From NCBI GenBank assembly GCA_050951325.1, contig JBMNIW010000008.1, forward strand, positions 32,001 through 96,000: a stretch of DNA of 64,000 nt. The letters run 5' to 3'. Shown one piece after another: positions 11,701 to 21,355 of the stretch. Numbering within the stretch: the stretch's first letter is position 1; every line of letters starts with the position of its first letter. The DNA is from Clostridia bacterium. Its GTDB lineage: Bacteria; Bacillota; Clostridia; UBA1212; DUPL01. The notes under the pieces are model-generated. The model saw only the letters and a list, made by a program, of their open reading frames with translations. It had not been told where the DNA came from and made no database searches. Both the position numbers and the translations under genes were made by a program.

Positions 11701-12069
11701 ACCTAAAAGCCTGTTAATCTCTCCTGGACGTTCTTCCAGAAACTCAAAGTATTCAAGCCTATCAATATTCTCTTTCACCACATGACCAAGCAACATAATA
11801 CGGCCTGAAGGATTCAGTTTTGTCTTTGCAAGTCCTCCATACCTGGACAATATCCTGAAAGCCATGCGTTTGAAGCTGACAACTTCATTGCCCAATAGGC
11901 CCTTGCAATCAGGATGCTCAAGCAGCCTTGCTTCTGCCTGCAGGGAGTACTGCTCGGGCACCACCAGGTAAACAGGCCCGCATTCATGCTTCAAATGCCT
12001 GGCTATACTGTCAACACAGTATGTGCTTTTTCCACTGCCTGCCCTGCCGGCCAGTATGTTGAGCGCCAT
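8767..12069 (-). CDS. addB: ATP-dependent helicase/nuclease subunit AddB
   Basis: GRAGSGKS, VPEQ, DGF, C-terminal PD-(D/E)xK (GRIDRYD..IDYKS) and Fe-S cysteines (CPY...CDYCEY..VC). Confidence 0.92.
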   Translation of the reverse strand: MALNILAGRAGSGKSTYCVDSIARHLKHECGPVYLVVPEQYSLQAEARLLEHPDCKGLLGNEVVSFKRMAFRILSRYGGLAKTKLNPSGRIMLLGHVVKENIDRLEYFEFLEERPGEINRLLGLIDEFGRYEVTPGMLEEATLELEDDLLKSKLSDLSLIYSEYRNLLLEDNIEDQDIYSAFLEKLAEHRPFKDAVIWLDGFAGFTSYEFDILKELVRQCRDVNVCLCMDEEDEYIFDRVYRTYEQLLRVAKDVDARINITYLKESHRFTNKYIAHLERNFGKYPAKRVQDIPKNIKIVECRSIYEEVDRSAREIVRLLREEGLRYKDIAVTARSIDLYEKVIKIVFPKYNIPYFIDSKKNIEDHPLIRFILTLLDIVGSSWERTSVLDFLKTGLYTEEICAVDRFENIALAHGLRGKKDFGSSIDEFEEVEVLRAKLYSDVTSFEEELKKCRTMKECCKILVSFFSKLDVQGKMQNMSLKFKESNMPVMANEYARIWNITMEVVEQIYVFMGDIRLTGSLKDKVKLFKETLLLGFSEYKIGFIPFTEDSVQIGVADRTRSHDVKGMILLGANEGVFPATFVDEGLLKDDDRAYLKNKGIALAEDNRTKANMEYYLIYTVLSSPSEHMIISYALEDHGLNPMRPSVIVQRIQNIFPSLKVVKDYNEGVMERLTLPLPFLTENAGLLRDVEDETIKCIRKWYRDSAEYKHEFERILKADTSFRRDLYLPKDIMDELFAKNLYMSASRIEKYNRCPYSFFMSYGIKAEKRKEAVVENTDVGTFLHTLIDKASKKAINLPVDDSDKLMDDVFAESLEEVGIRSFYDSERKKYIANRLLRYAKKAFRKALWQIHGGVFQPAGFEVAFGPDGELPPVRVRLDDGRYVQITGRIDRYDVCETEDAIYLRVIDYKSSDLNVSPQDLINGQSIQLVAYMDALVEGIGSKSEKAVVPVACLYFTLGPDVKSASNRSEVSREEELRLKGYIIDDPEVLDCIVSDEEDAKTMSIRRKKEGWSVTLKGGAVPRNGFDLLRKQLHKTVKNTYERMAEGDISIIPVDFPNKNFKVCDYCEYITVCGIDTSKPENFRKQPQYDVDEAYTQMGSDD

Positions 12070-12072
12070 ATT

Positions 12073-13041
12073 CTACCCCTTCTTTACGTCATGCCTGTAA
12101 ACCTGTCTATTGTTGAGCGACCATATTCTTTCACTGAATTTGCCTGTATCGGTTGTTTCATATGCCTTTGCCATGTCATACATGCGGGCATCCATAACGT
12201 CGAGATAATGAAGCATTTCCGCTTCCGGTATCATTGGGTATTTTGGACTTCCATATTCCGGCTCATAATGATGTGCAAGTATCATATGCTCAAGCAGCAT
12301 TATAATTTCACTGTTTATACCCAGCTCATTTCCTGTCTCACTTACAATCTTTATACCCTGAATCAAATGCCCCAGCATTATCCCTTCAGTTGTATAGTCC
12401 GAAACAATGCCGTATTCCGAAACTTCCATTTCCTCAATCTTTCCAATATCGTGCAGTATGACTCCGGCATACAAAAGGTCCTTGTTGAGAAAGTCGTAAG
12501 TTTCAGAAAGCGCCTTGGCATTTTTAAGCATTGTGGTTATGTGGTACAAAAGTCCACAGCGAACCGAATGATGATTCTTCTTGGCTGCAGGAAAATATAT
12601 TAGCTGGTTCTTGTACTTTTCAAGAACTGCCATTACAAGGGTTGCAATCTCCGCATTCTCCATTCCAAGGACTGTCTTTTCAACAATTTCATACATCTCC
12701 TCGCCCTGATATGGAGCGCTAGGTATAAATTCCTCGGGATTGACATTGTCGGCTTCTACAGTCCTCCTTATTCTGTCAATCTTGAATTGAAGCTGTCCCT
12801 GCCAGTCAATAACCTGACCCTTTGCCCATACCACAGTACCTGCAGCAAACCTTGTCACATTATCGTCATCCCAATCCCAAAGTTTTGCGTTGATTTCACC
12901 CGTATTGTCCGCAAAAGTAAAGTTCATGTATCTGTTGTTGGTAGTTGTTTGCTTTTGCTCGGATACTTTTATGTAAAAGTATCCTTCAGCAATATCCCCG
13001 GGTTTTAAATCAATAACTTTCTTTTTGTTTCTATCAGCCAT
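12073..13041 (-). CDS. yhaM: 3'-5' exoribonuclease YhaM/CBF1 family (OB + HD)
   Basis: N-terminal OB fold; PAAKKNHH, LHDIGK, HH.EPEYGSP. Confidence 0.88.
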   Translation of the reverse strand: MADRNKKKVIDLKPGDIAEGYFYIKVSEQKQTTTNNRYMNFTFADNTGEINAKLWDWDDDNVTRFAAGTVVWAKGQVIDWQGQLQFKIDRIRRTVEADNVNPEEFIPSAPYQGEEMYEIVEKTVLGMENAEIATLVMAVLEKYKNQLIYFPAAKKNHHSVRCGLLYHITTMLKNAKALSETYDFLNKDLLYAGVILHDIGKIEEMEVSEYGIVSDYTTEGIMLGHLIQGIKIVSETGNELGINSEIIMLLEHMILAHHYEPEYGSPKYPMIPEAEMLHYLDVMDARMYDMAKAYETTDTGKFSERIWSLNNRQVYRHDVKKG

Positions 13042-13100
13042 TCATCCGACTCCTTTATTTTTACTAAATTATATCTCTTAGAAAAACAATATGCAAATTA

Positions 13101-14252
13101 TCATCCAAAATATTTTATTGCTCTTTTGATTGCAAAATCAAAACCGTTAACAAGTCCCAGATATTCGCCCTTATTTTCTCTTTTCGAGCATTCCAAAAAA
13201 GGCACGTATTCCCTGGTATGGTCAGTACCTTTGAAACCAGGATCGCATCCGTGATCCGCAGTTAGGCAAAGCATATCACCATCATCCAGAAGATAAAATA
13301 TTTCTTCAAGTCTCCTTGATACTCTTTCAACCTCGTTACAGTACCCCAATGGATCCCTTCTGTGTCCGTAAAGCATATCGGTATCTACAAGATTGACAAA
13401 CACAAACTCCTTTTTGTCTGTCCTTGTCCTTGCAATTTTCTCCACCCTGTCAAGACATGCCTCGTTCCCCTTGTCCGGATAATTTACATCAATGCCTTTG
13501 CCGTCGAAAATGTCCCATATCTTTCCCACAGCAACAACACTTACATCCAAAGAATGAAGCTTATCCTCCATAAGTGTCTTGTTGGGGAGTTCAATACTGT
13601 AGTCTTTTCTATTCTTCGTCCTTACAAAACCATCCTTTTCATTCCCTACAAACGGTCTTGCAATCACTCTTCCCACTTTGTAATCATCACATATTCTCCT
13701 TGCCTTCTCGCATATGTCATAAAGTTCTTCCAGAGGAACCACCTCTTCATGAGCCGCTATCTGAAACACGGAATCCGCAGACGTATAGCAGATTATTGAA
13801 CCTGTCTCCATATGCTCCTTTCCAAGCTCTTTTATGATTTTCGTTCCTGACACACTCTTGTTGCCAATTACTTTTCTTCCAGTTTCCTTTTCAAGCCTTT
13901 TTACAAGCTCTTCAGGAAATGATGGATATTCGGGCGGAAATATGGTCAATGTGAAATCGAGGTTCATGCCTGCAAGCTCCCAGTGTCCGGTCTGGGTATC
14001 CTTGCCGCCTCCTCTTTTTTCAAGCACCGCATAATTTGCAATTGGATTGTCAACCTCTTCACATCCCTCAAGCTCAACCCCAAGGGTTTTGCATGAATTT
14101 CCAAGGCCCATTCTGACGAGAAATCTCCATTTTTCACCCTCTATCGCCCTGCTTGCAGACAGTGCGGTATTTGAACCGCAATCACCATACTCCCCGCAAA
14201 CACTGTCGGCTCCTATTCCAAAGCTGTCTATGACAACAAGATAATATCTCAT
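13101..14252 (-). CDS. deoB: Phosphopentomutase
   Basis: DSFGIG, KDTQTGHWEL, NLVDTDMLYGHRRD, TADHGCDP, TDHTRE. Confidence 0.93.
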   Translation of the reverse strand: MRYYLVVIDSFGIGADSVCGEYGDCGSNTALSASRAIEGEKWRFLVRMGLGNSCKTLGVELEGCEEVDNPIANYAVLEKRGGGKDTQTGHWELAGMNLDFTLTIFPPEYPSFPEELVKRLEKETGRKVIGNKSVSGTKIIKELGKEHMETGSIICYTSADSVFQIAAHEEVVPLEELYDICEKARRICDDYKVGRVIARPFVGNEKDGFVRTKNRKDYSIELPNKTLMEDKLHSLDVSVVAVGKIWDIFDGKGIDVNYPDKGNEACLDRVEKIARTRTDKKEFVFVNLVDTDMLYGHRRDPLGYCNEVERVSRRLEEIFYLLDDGDMLCLTADHGCDPGFKGTDHTREYVPFLECSKRENKGEYLGLVNGFDFAIKRAIKYFG

Positions 14253-14270
14253 AAATATACCTCTTTCCCT

Positions 14271-14984
14271 TTATTTCTCAAGACAGGACTTTACAAGCAT
14301 CCCGCTTATGTAATCCAGAAGCTGCTCAACATTATCGGAAACTGACACGCTGAACACTTTCTCCAGCTTTGAATTGCATATGTACAATATTGCAGCCAAC
14401 GTGTCATAATCCACTTCCACGTTATCTACCATATTGCTTTTTGCACATTCAGAGCAGAATATGGATTTTTCCGCCACAGAAAAAACAAGGTCCTGCCCTT
14501 CTGGTTTTCTCTCGCAAATTCCACAGCTCGATATAACCGGTGCAAAACCCTGCAGTGTCAGCATTCTAAGCCTGAAAATGTCGTAAACAAGCTTGTAATC
14601 CATTTTTCCTGTATTCAGAAAATGTAAACAGTTTAAAAGAAGCCTTAGACTTTCAGGCTCTGGCATTTCCTGCTGTATCATTGTCAAGCAGATTCTTGCC
14701 ATGTCTCCGGCGGTAAACAACACATCCAGGTCATTCCTCAGGTTGAAAAATGGTTCAATCAGCTGGGCACTATTCAAACTGTACATGCTTCTTCCCTTGT
14801 ACAGCTCAAAAGAGCTGTAGGCAAAGGGCTGTACAGAGGCAAGATACCTGTAACCGGTTCTTTTTGCGCGCCTTGCCCTGACACTGATAATTCCATTTGT
14901 GTCGGAAAACACGGTGAGAATCTTGTCGCCCTCTCCAAACTCTCCTTCTCTTAACACTATTCCGTTTACTTTCAGATTCCTCAT
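14271..14984 (-). CDS. recO: DNA repair protein RecO
   Basis: GIVLR..GE.DKILT N-terminus, CxxC..CxxC zinc finger; follows era. Confidence 0.92.
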   Translation of the reverse strand: MRNLKVNGIVLREGEFGEGDKILTVFSDTNGIISVRARRAKRTGYRYLASVQPFAYSSFELYKGRSMYSLNSAQLIEPFFNLRNDLDVLFTAGDMARICLTMIQQEMPEPESLRLLLNCLHFLNTGKMDYKLVYDIFRLRMLTLQGFAPVISSCGICERKPEGQDLVFSVAEKSIFCSECAKSNMVDNVEVDYDTLAAILYICNSKLEKVFSVSVSDNVEQLLDYISGMLVKSCLEK

Positions 14985-14987
14985 ATG

Positions 14988-15881
14988 CTATTCCTTGTAA
15001 CCAAGCTCCTTTAACATGTATGAGTTGTTTCTCCAGTCATCCTTTACCTTTACCCAAAGCTTAAGATTAACCTGTCCGCCAACCAGATTTTCAATATCAA
15101 CCCTTGCGGTCTGGCCGATTCGTTTGAGCATTCTGCCCTCTTTGCCAATCAAGATACCCTTGTGGCTGTTCTTCTCACAGTATATGGTTGCTTCAATATG
15201 ATAAACACCGTTTGGCCTTGTGGGCTCCGTGAACTGTATGACTTCAACACCCACACCATGGGGAACTTCCTCGCTGGTGAACGAAAGCACCTTTTCCCTG
15301 ATAACTTCTGCAACCAATTCTCTCAATGTGCTGTCCACGAACATGTCATCGGGGTAATACTTTGGTCCTTCGGGCAAAATCTTTTTTATCTCCTCCACCA
15401 ATATGTCCACGCCGTCGTTCTTTAAAGCTGATATGGGGATTATGGCTTTTGGATTAAGAAGCTTTGACAACTCGTCAATCAGGACAAGCAAATTCTCCTT
15501 AACCACCAGATCCACCTTGTTTAAGACAAGAAATATTGGTACTTCAACATTCTTCATCATCTCTATTAAATCCAAATCGCCTTTAGGTATCGCCTTTACG
15601 TTGGCATCGAACACATAAACAACAGCATCAATGTCCTTTGTGGCACTGTGCACGCTGCTTACCATGAACTCTCCAAGCTTGTTTTTCGGCTTGTGCATGC
15701 CTGGAGTGTCAATAAACACTATCTGATAGTCTTCACCCGTTGCAATTGCCCTTACATTGTTGCGAGTGGTCTGGGGTTTTCGGGACACAATTGACACCTT
15801 CTGCCCCATTATTGCGTTAAGCAAAGTTGATTTACCCACATTTGCTCTTCCTACAAGTGAAACAAATCCTGATCTGAACAT
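14988..15881 (-). CDS. era: GTPase Era
   Basis: GRANVGKS, PQTTR, DTPG, NKVD, KH domain. Confidence 0.97.
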   Translation of the reverse strand: MFRSGFVSLVGRANVGKSTLLNAIMGQKVSIVSRKPQTTRNNVRAIATGEDYQIVFIDTPGMHKPKNKLGEFMVSSVHSATKDIDAVVYVFDANVKAIPKGDLDLIEMMKNVEVPIFLVLNKVDLVVKENLLVLIDELSKLLNPKAIIPISALKNDGVDILVEEIKKILPEGPKYYPDDMFVDSTLRELVAEVIREKVLSFTSEEVPHGVGVEVIQFTEPTRPNGVYHIEATIYCEKNSHKGILIGKEGRMLKRIGQTARVDIENLVGGQVNLKLWVKVKDDWRNNSYMLKELGYKE

Positions 15882-15888
15882 AACCCAC

Positions 15889-16386
15889 CTACCTTTTAAA
15901 TCCCGCAGTATTCAATATTCCATATGCATTCTCAAGCATAAGTTCTTCCCTCTCTTTAGTATCATGGTCAAAACCCAAAAGATGCAGAAAACCATGAACC
16001 ACTAAAAACGCAACTTCCCGCTCTTTATCGTGCCCATACTCTTCTGCCTGCTCGCAAGCCTTGTCCAAAGATACAATAATATCGCCCAAAAAAGCCTTGC
16101 CTGTTTCCGGACAAAGAAGTTCTTCGTCAATATATCCTTCTCCGTCACACAGATCAAACTGGGGAAAAGACAATACATCCGTAGGCTTGTCCATGCCCCT
16201 GTATTCTTTATTTATTTCCTGTATTACATCGTTGTCTGCAAAGATTATGCAAACTTCAAAATCCGATCCATCCAGAAGATAGTCCGCACTTTTCAATACA
16301 TCATTGCAAATCATCATGTATCTTTTGCGTGCTTCTTCATTCAAATCAGCAAACTTCCCCATAAATTCAAAATCCACATCCACCAT
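15889..16386 (-). CDS. ybeY: rRNA maturation RNase YbeY
   Basis: DKPTDVLSF, HGFLHLLGFDH. Confidence 0.96.
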   Translation of the reverse strand: MVDVDFEFMGKFADLNEEARKRYMMICNDVLKSADYLLDGSDFEVCIIFADNDVIQEINKEYRGMDKPTDVLSFPQFDLCDGEGYIDEELLCPETGKAFLGDIIVSLDKACEQAEEYGHDKEREVAFLVVHGFLHLLGFDHDTKEREELMLENAYGILNTAGFKR

Positions 16387-17369
16387 TACTCGCCTCGTTT
16401 ACTCTTCCCTTTTCCATTCTCATAAACTTCATACGCCTTGATTATCCTCTGAACAAGTTCGTGTCTTACCACGTCTTTTTCAGTAAGATTTACAAACTCA
16501 ATGCCATCTATACCTTGCAGTATCCTGTGAGCACTCTTCAAACCGGACTTCTTGTCCTTTGGAAGATCGATTTGAGTTACATCTCCCGTAACCACCGCTT
16601 TTGAGCCGTAGCCAATTCTGGTAAGGAACATTTTAAGCTGCTCCTGGGTGGTATTCTGAGCCTCGTCAAGGATAATAAAGGAATCATCCAGGGTGCGTCC
16701 TCTCATATATGCAAGGGGGGCCACCTCAATCGCGCCCTTTTCAAAATTCTTGGAATAGCTCTCCATGCCCATTATGTCATAAAGGGCATCATAAAGAGGC
16801 CTGAGATAAGGGTCCACTTTGTTCTGCAAATCTCCAGGTAGAAATCCAAGCTTCTCCCCTGCTTCCACCGCAGGTCTTGTCAGAATTATTCGGGAAACCT
16901 CATGATTCTTGAAAGCCTTGACAGCCATGGCAACTGCAAGATAAGTCTTGCCTGTACCGGCAGGACCTATACCAAAGGTAACAGTACTGTTTTCGATGGC
17001 TTGTACATATTTTTTCTGACCGTTGGTTTTGGCTTTTAGTTGTTTTCCTCTTGCCGTTATAATTATTGCATCCTGGGTATACTGTTTTACCTGGGCAATA
17101 CCGCCTTCCTGCGCCAAGTCGCATAGATACGCTGTCATCTGCTTCGTTATGAGTTCTCCTTCCGAAGACAATTCAAGCATCCTTCTGAGAACGCTTTCGG
17201 CCTTTACAGTCCTGTCCTCATCATCCCCGGTTATGCTTATTTCGTCATTGCGGAGTGAGATCCTTACTGAGAATGCATCTTCTATAACAAGAACGTTTTC
17301 ATCCCTGTTACCGAATATTCCAGAAATATCGTCTCCGTGGGTAGGAGTTATTGTTTTTTCAATCACCAA
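16386..17369 (-). CDS. phoH: PhoH family ATPase
   Basis: GPAGTGKT, RPAVEAGEKLGFLPG, YMRGRT, DEAQN. Confidence 0.95.
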   Translation of the reverse strand: MVIEKTITPTHGDDISGIFGNRDENVLVIEDAFSVRISLRNDEISITGDDEDRTVKAESVLRRMLELSSEGELITKQMTAYLCDLAQEGGIAQVKQYTQDAIIITARGKQLKAKTNGQKKYVQAIENSTVTFGIGPAGTGKTYLAVAMAVKAFKNHEVSRIILTRPAVEAGEKLGFLPGDLQNKVDPYLRPLYDALYDIMGMESYSKNFEKGAIEVAPLAYMRGRTLDDSFIILDEAQNTTQEQLKMFLTRIGYGSKAVVTGDVTQIDLPKDKKSGLKSAHRILQGIDGIEFVNLTEKDVVRHELVQRIIKAYEVYENGKGKSKRGE

Positions 17370-18549
17370 CTGCCACCTCTACACCAATGTTCTCTTCACA
17401 TTCACATGCCATATACAGAAACACACCCTCCTCCGTCTTTCTTATTTCAAAAAATGTCTCTAAAATATCGGCATCATCCGGTATCATGTTGTCTATAAGT
17501 TCCATGGCTCTGAGCCGGGTTGCCTCAAGTGCCTCCTCATAGCTCAATATTACTGTTTCCTTCCTAGTTTCCATTATCTTCGTCTTAACTATTCCCATGG
17601 GCATCTCTTTTCCGCTGGGCAGAGTGAGATATTGCTCAAAAGTTACACTGCTGTAGCTGTCGTAAGGATTTTTTTTGCCGGGAAGTCCTATGTTTATCCC
17701 AAAAAAGTTTATTGTCGTCAATGTCTTTTCCTTACCAGTTGCCACAATCCTTTCATGCTGCGTTTCTATTGGTATTTCAACGGAATGCCAGACAATACCC
17801 TTTACTATTCCTCTTGCATGAACGGGTCTTTTGTGCTCCTTTCCTTCCTCATCCATCTGCACAACCCATCCTGCAATCAGTTTCTGTCCTTTTGTGACGG
17901 TGGTGTCTATTGTAACGAGAGCGGTGCCTTGTTCGGGTACAATCTTGCTTACTACTGCATCTTTTTTTGCCACCACGTCACAATGCACATCATCCGGAAC
18001 CGTACCTTTGTCATTGTACTCCTGCCTTTTTGCCAGCGTTATTTCAAGCACGATTCCCCTTTTTCTTACCCCCACCCAGGCAATCCCCGGCTGGTTGTCC
18101 ATAAGCGTGTCTGCCAGCTCGCTGTTGTCTATATTATGCATGAACACACCAGGTCTTATTCCCATGCTGGATAGGACAAGCCTTGTGCGCATTTCCTCAA
18201 TGGGGGTAGCTCCCTCAATCCTTATACTCCATAGCATGGAGCAAAGCAACATTGTCAATATAATGCCAACGGCAAATGAAGCGGCCAGGACTTTTCTTTT
18301 TCTATACCTGTAAAGTTTAATAATCAGGCCTTTTTTCTCAAGAATCCTGACTTTGCACCTTGCCTTAAAAGCTACAGGTCTTATCCTTTTCCTGAAATCA
18401 GTTGAACTGACACACATTACAATGGTATCTTTGTCAATTCTTTTGATTCCCCACAGCTTTATATTCCTTCTGGCACAAATGTTTACAAATCTCTCAGGCT
18501 TCAAACCTGATACTGATATAATAACATAAGATAGAATATTATACCACAT
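17359..18549 (-). CDS. yqfD: Sporulation protein YqfD
   Basis: ERFVN..LW, VAKKDAVV..G, V.ARG.V.G motifs; yqfC-yqfD-phoH synteny; start moved to ATG 18549 (RBS GAGG). Confidence 0.88.
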   Translation of the reverse strand: MWYNILSYVIISVSGLKPERFVNICARRNIKLWGIKRIDKDTIVMCVSSTDFRKRIRPVAFKARCKVRILEKKGLIIKLYRYRKRKVLAASFAVGIILTMLLCSMLWSIRIEGATPIEEMRTRLVLSSMGIRPGVFMHNIDNSELADTLMDNQPGIAWVGVRKRGIVLEITLAKRQEYNDKGTVPDDVHCDVVAKKDAVVSKIVPEQGTALVTIDTTVTKGQKLIAGWVVQMDEEGKEHKRPVHARGIVKGIVWHSVEIPIETQHERIVATGKEKTLTTINFFGINIGLPGKKNPYDSYSSVTFEQYLTLPSGKEMPMGIVKTKIMETRKETVILSYEEALEATRLRAMELIDNMIPDDADILETFFEIRKTEEGVFLYMACECEENIGVEVAVGD

Positions 18550-18560
18550 AATCTTTCCTC

Positions 18561-18806
18561 TTAAACGTATGATATACTGGCAATTCTGCCTTCTATGCGA
18601 AGACATTCCGCATTGATTTCTTTAATATAGAGTTCCGCACCTTGAATCAACACAATCCCAAGCTTTGTATTAATTAAAACACTATTTGTATCGCACTCCT
18701 TCAGGCCTTTGTGATTTATTACCCAGGCTGTGTTTTTTCCAACCCAGCGAATTGAAGGAGTATCTGTAATTACATCTGAAGGAAAACCAAAAATCTCACT
18801 CTTCAC
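18561..18806 (-). CDS. yqfC: YabP/YqfC family sporulation protein
   Basis: NHKGL, I.G.EL.I..I...I.GRI.SI.Y; upstream of yqfD. Confidence 0.85.
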   Translation of the reverse strand: MKSEIFGFPSDVITDTPSIRWVGKNTAWVINHKGLKECDTNSVLINTKLGIVLIQGAELYIKEINAECLRIEGRIASISYV

Positions 18807-18812
18807 TAAAAG

Positions 18813-19661
18813 CTACCTCCCCACGGACACGTTCATCAGCTCATCAGGGGTTCCAAACGTGTATCCCTGCTGCTTTATATCCTTGATAACCCTGTCAAGA
18901 GCATCTGCATTGTCCTTTGATACGGCATGAAGAAGCAGAACCGCCCCATTATGAACATGATCCATTATCATCTTGTAGGCATGATCCGCTCCCTTCTGTT
19001 TGTCAACAAGCCAATCCCGATACGCAAAACTCCATAGTATGCAGGTATGGTTCAAATCTTTGGCAATCTTAAGGGTCTTTTCATCATATTCACCCCTGGG
19101 TGGTCTCAACATCCTCATATGCTTTCCATATTTCTCATAAAACACCCGGTCCAGCTCCAGTATTTCCTTTTCGACTATAGTGGCTGACTTGGTAGGCAGA
19201 GAATAATGATTGACTGTGTGGTTTCCCACCTCGTGACCTTCCTCCACCATCCTGCGGATAAGTTCCGGGTTTTTATCCAGGTAGGGTCCTGTAACGAAAA
19301 ACACCGCCTTTACATCATTGTCCCTAAGAACATTCAATATCTTCTCGGTATACCCTTGCTCATATCCTTCGTCAAAGGTAAGGTATATCTTTTTTTCCGA
19401 TGTGTCTCCTATGTATTTGCCCCCATATTTATGCAACATTGTAACTTCCTTTGTACCGACCTCCGGCGGTTTTCCGTCCTTGTTCCGCTTGAGTCCCCAT
19501 CTGTACACCATATTTCCATTTACCATAATACTGTTTCCAGTCTCTATCTCGTTTACGTACACTGCGTATTCTTTTTTTGTCCTGTTGAAATGTAGTATCA
19601 AAGGAAAGGAAAGTATGGTAAGAAGCAGTATTACAGGTGCAATAATCCTCATTTTATGCAC
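18813..19661 (-). CDS. pdaA: Polysaccharide deacetylase, delta-lactam-biosynthetic type
   Basis: LTFDEGYE, GNHTVNH, RPPRGE, WSFAYRDW, LLHAVS; GTG start after GGGAGG. Confidence 0.85.
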   Translation of the reverse strand: MHKMRIIAPVILLLTILSFPLILHFNRTKKEYAVYVNEIETGNSIMVNGNMVYRWGLKRNKDGKPPEVGTKEVTMLHKYGGKYIGDTSEKKIYLTFDEGYEQGYTEKILNVLRDNDVKAVFFVTGPYLDKNPELIRRMVEEGHEVGNHTVNHYSLPTKSATIVEKEILELDRVFYEKYGKHMRMLRPPRGEYDEKTLKIAKDLNHTCILWSFAYRDWLVDKQKGADHAYKMIMDHVHNGAVLLLHAVSKDNADALDRVIKDIKQQGYTFGTPDELMNVSVGR

Positions 19662-19714
19662 AAAAAAACCTCCCTTTTGCATACATGTCTCTGTAAAGAT
19701 ATGCAAAAAGGAGG
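19662..19714 (-). terminator. Terminator hairpin after DUF881 genes, overlapping the pdaA RBS
   Basis: 15-bp stem CCUCCUUUUUGCAUA/UAUGCAAAAGGGAGG followed by U7. Confidence 0.7.
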
Positions 19715-19735
19715 CAATTTATTCTATATCACACT

Positions 19736-20485
19736 CTATTCTTCAACAGGAGTCAGCTTGTTTGTGTACCTTTCCATTTTCTCAAAATCGTAGGCATCCA
19801 GTATGAGGGTATCTCTAGGCGTTATTGTAACTGTTCCATAACCACTGATGTGATCTATCAGTCCTCTAGCAGTTGAGAGTATGCCCAAAAGGTTGTTCTG
19901 GTCCCCTATGGCTGCAATGTGGATGGGCTGGCCGTAAACCTGACCGTCTATGACCAGTGATGTGGCGACCACCCTTATCTCGCTCATAGCCCCGATTCTT
20001 ACTCCGTTTATTGCAATAGCCTGTGCAGTGGATGCCTTTAGCTCGTTTATGAGCATAAGTAGTACGGCAGGTAATTCTCCCAACGTAGAAGGATCTGTCA
20101 GCTCTATGAGTATCTCTATCCCTGACCCTTTTACCTTTGTCAACCCTGCAAAAAGCTTTATATTCTTCAACTCTTTCTCCAGGTGCTCAATCTGCTGTTG
20201 ATAGCTTCCGTGCTCGAACAGGTCAACCTTTTTCTGCAATTCCGCTTTTTCCTGGGTCAGTTTGTCCACCTCTTCCTGCAGCTTGATAAGCTCCTTCTGA
20301 TATTCATACAAAGAGTTGTAGGACCTTTCCTCTGTTGCCTTGATTTCCCTTATGTTCTTGTACTGCATTGCAATCAGGATTCCAAGAACGAAGCATACAA
20401 AAGTGATGGCAGATGTTCTTACCACTTTTGCTCTTCTTATTCTCTTGTTCATTCTTTTATCTTCCTGCAAAATGTTTTCACTCAT
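19736..20485 (-). CDS. DUF881 family protein
   Basis: TM + coiled coil + AGLTKVKG.GI, INELK...AQAIAING.RI. Confidence 0.85.
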   Translation of the reverse strand: MSENILQEDKRMNKRIRRAKVVRTSAITFVCFVLGILIAMQYKNIREIKATEERSYNSLYEYQKELIKLQEEVDKLTQEKAELQKKVDLFEHGSYQQQIEHLEKELKNIKLFAGLTKVKGSGIEILIELTDPSTLGELPAVLLMLINELKASTAQAIAINGVRIGAMSEIRVVATSLVIDGQVYGQPIHIAAIGDQNNLLGILSTARGLIDHISGYGTVTITPRDTLILDAYDFEKMERYTNKLTPVEE

Positions 20486-20497
20486 TTTAATCCCTCT

Positions 20498-21238
20498 TTA
20501 CTCTGTTTCTGCCAGGTGCCTGATTTTCTTGTAATAATCGTCATTATACTTGCGAATATATATTTCGTCATAGCGCCTTATGTCGATTCTAATATTTCTA
20601 GACTCAATATCTCCGTATATGAAGCTTTCATTTACTCTTCTTTCCAGCACCGAAGGCTCCCCTATTGCCTTGATTACATACGGAGCAAACACTCCTTCGT
20701 CATTCACCCTTATGGACGGACCAATACACAGAAACTCTGTGCTGGTAACCACTCTTTTGCCGTTTACTTCTATTGCCTGGGCCCCTGCAGCTCTTAGCTC
20801 ATTTACAAGTTCATACAGAAAGTTATCGTGAACTATCATATCGTATTCACCATCATCCATTCTTATCTCTATACCAGGACCCTTTACATCCGTAAGGCCG
20901 GCATACAGCTTGAATTCCTGGATACTGTCATTCAGATGCTTCAATCTGTTGTAAAATACAGGTTCATTCTGCTCCAGGTTTTTAAGATAAATAGCATACC
21001 TGCCCTTTAATGTGGTAATGTCACTTGTAAGGGATTGTACTTCTTCCTTCAACTCGTTTATCTTTTCAAGATATTCGTTAAGTTCCTTCTGCTTTCCCGC
21101 TTCTTCCTGCTGCCTGTTTTCATATACTGCCCTTGCCTGCATGGAAAGAACTGCTCCAAGAAGCAGCATGCAAGCCATGACTATTATCTTTTCCTTAACA
21201 GTTAATTTTTGTTTAAAAAAAGAGAACATAATAAGCAA
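20498..21238 (-). CDS. DUF881 family protein
   Basis: AGLTDVKGPGI, VHD..L..LVNELRAAGAQAI, PYVIKAIG. Confidence 0.88.
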   Translation of the reverse strand: MLIMFSFFKQKLTVKEKIIVMACMLLLGAVLSMQARAVYENRQQEEAGKQKELNEYLEKINELKEEVQSLTSDITTLKGRYAIYLKNLEQNEPVFYNRLKHLNDSIQEFKLYAGLTDVKGPGIEIRMDDGEYDMIVHDNFLYELVNELRAAGAQAIEVNGKRVVTSTEFLCIGPSIRVNDEGVFAPYVIKAIGEPSVLERRVNESFIYGDIESRNIRIDIRRYDEIYIRKYNDDYYKKIRHLAETE

Positions 21239-21355
21239 CCCCTTCTAGAACACAATTATATCACAACGGGCTGTAAACGAAAAGGAGCAATTTGATTTTT
21301 ATCTGCTGTTGGTATATAATTCCCTTTTGAAAGTATATCAGCAAGGAGGATAAGA

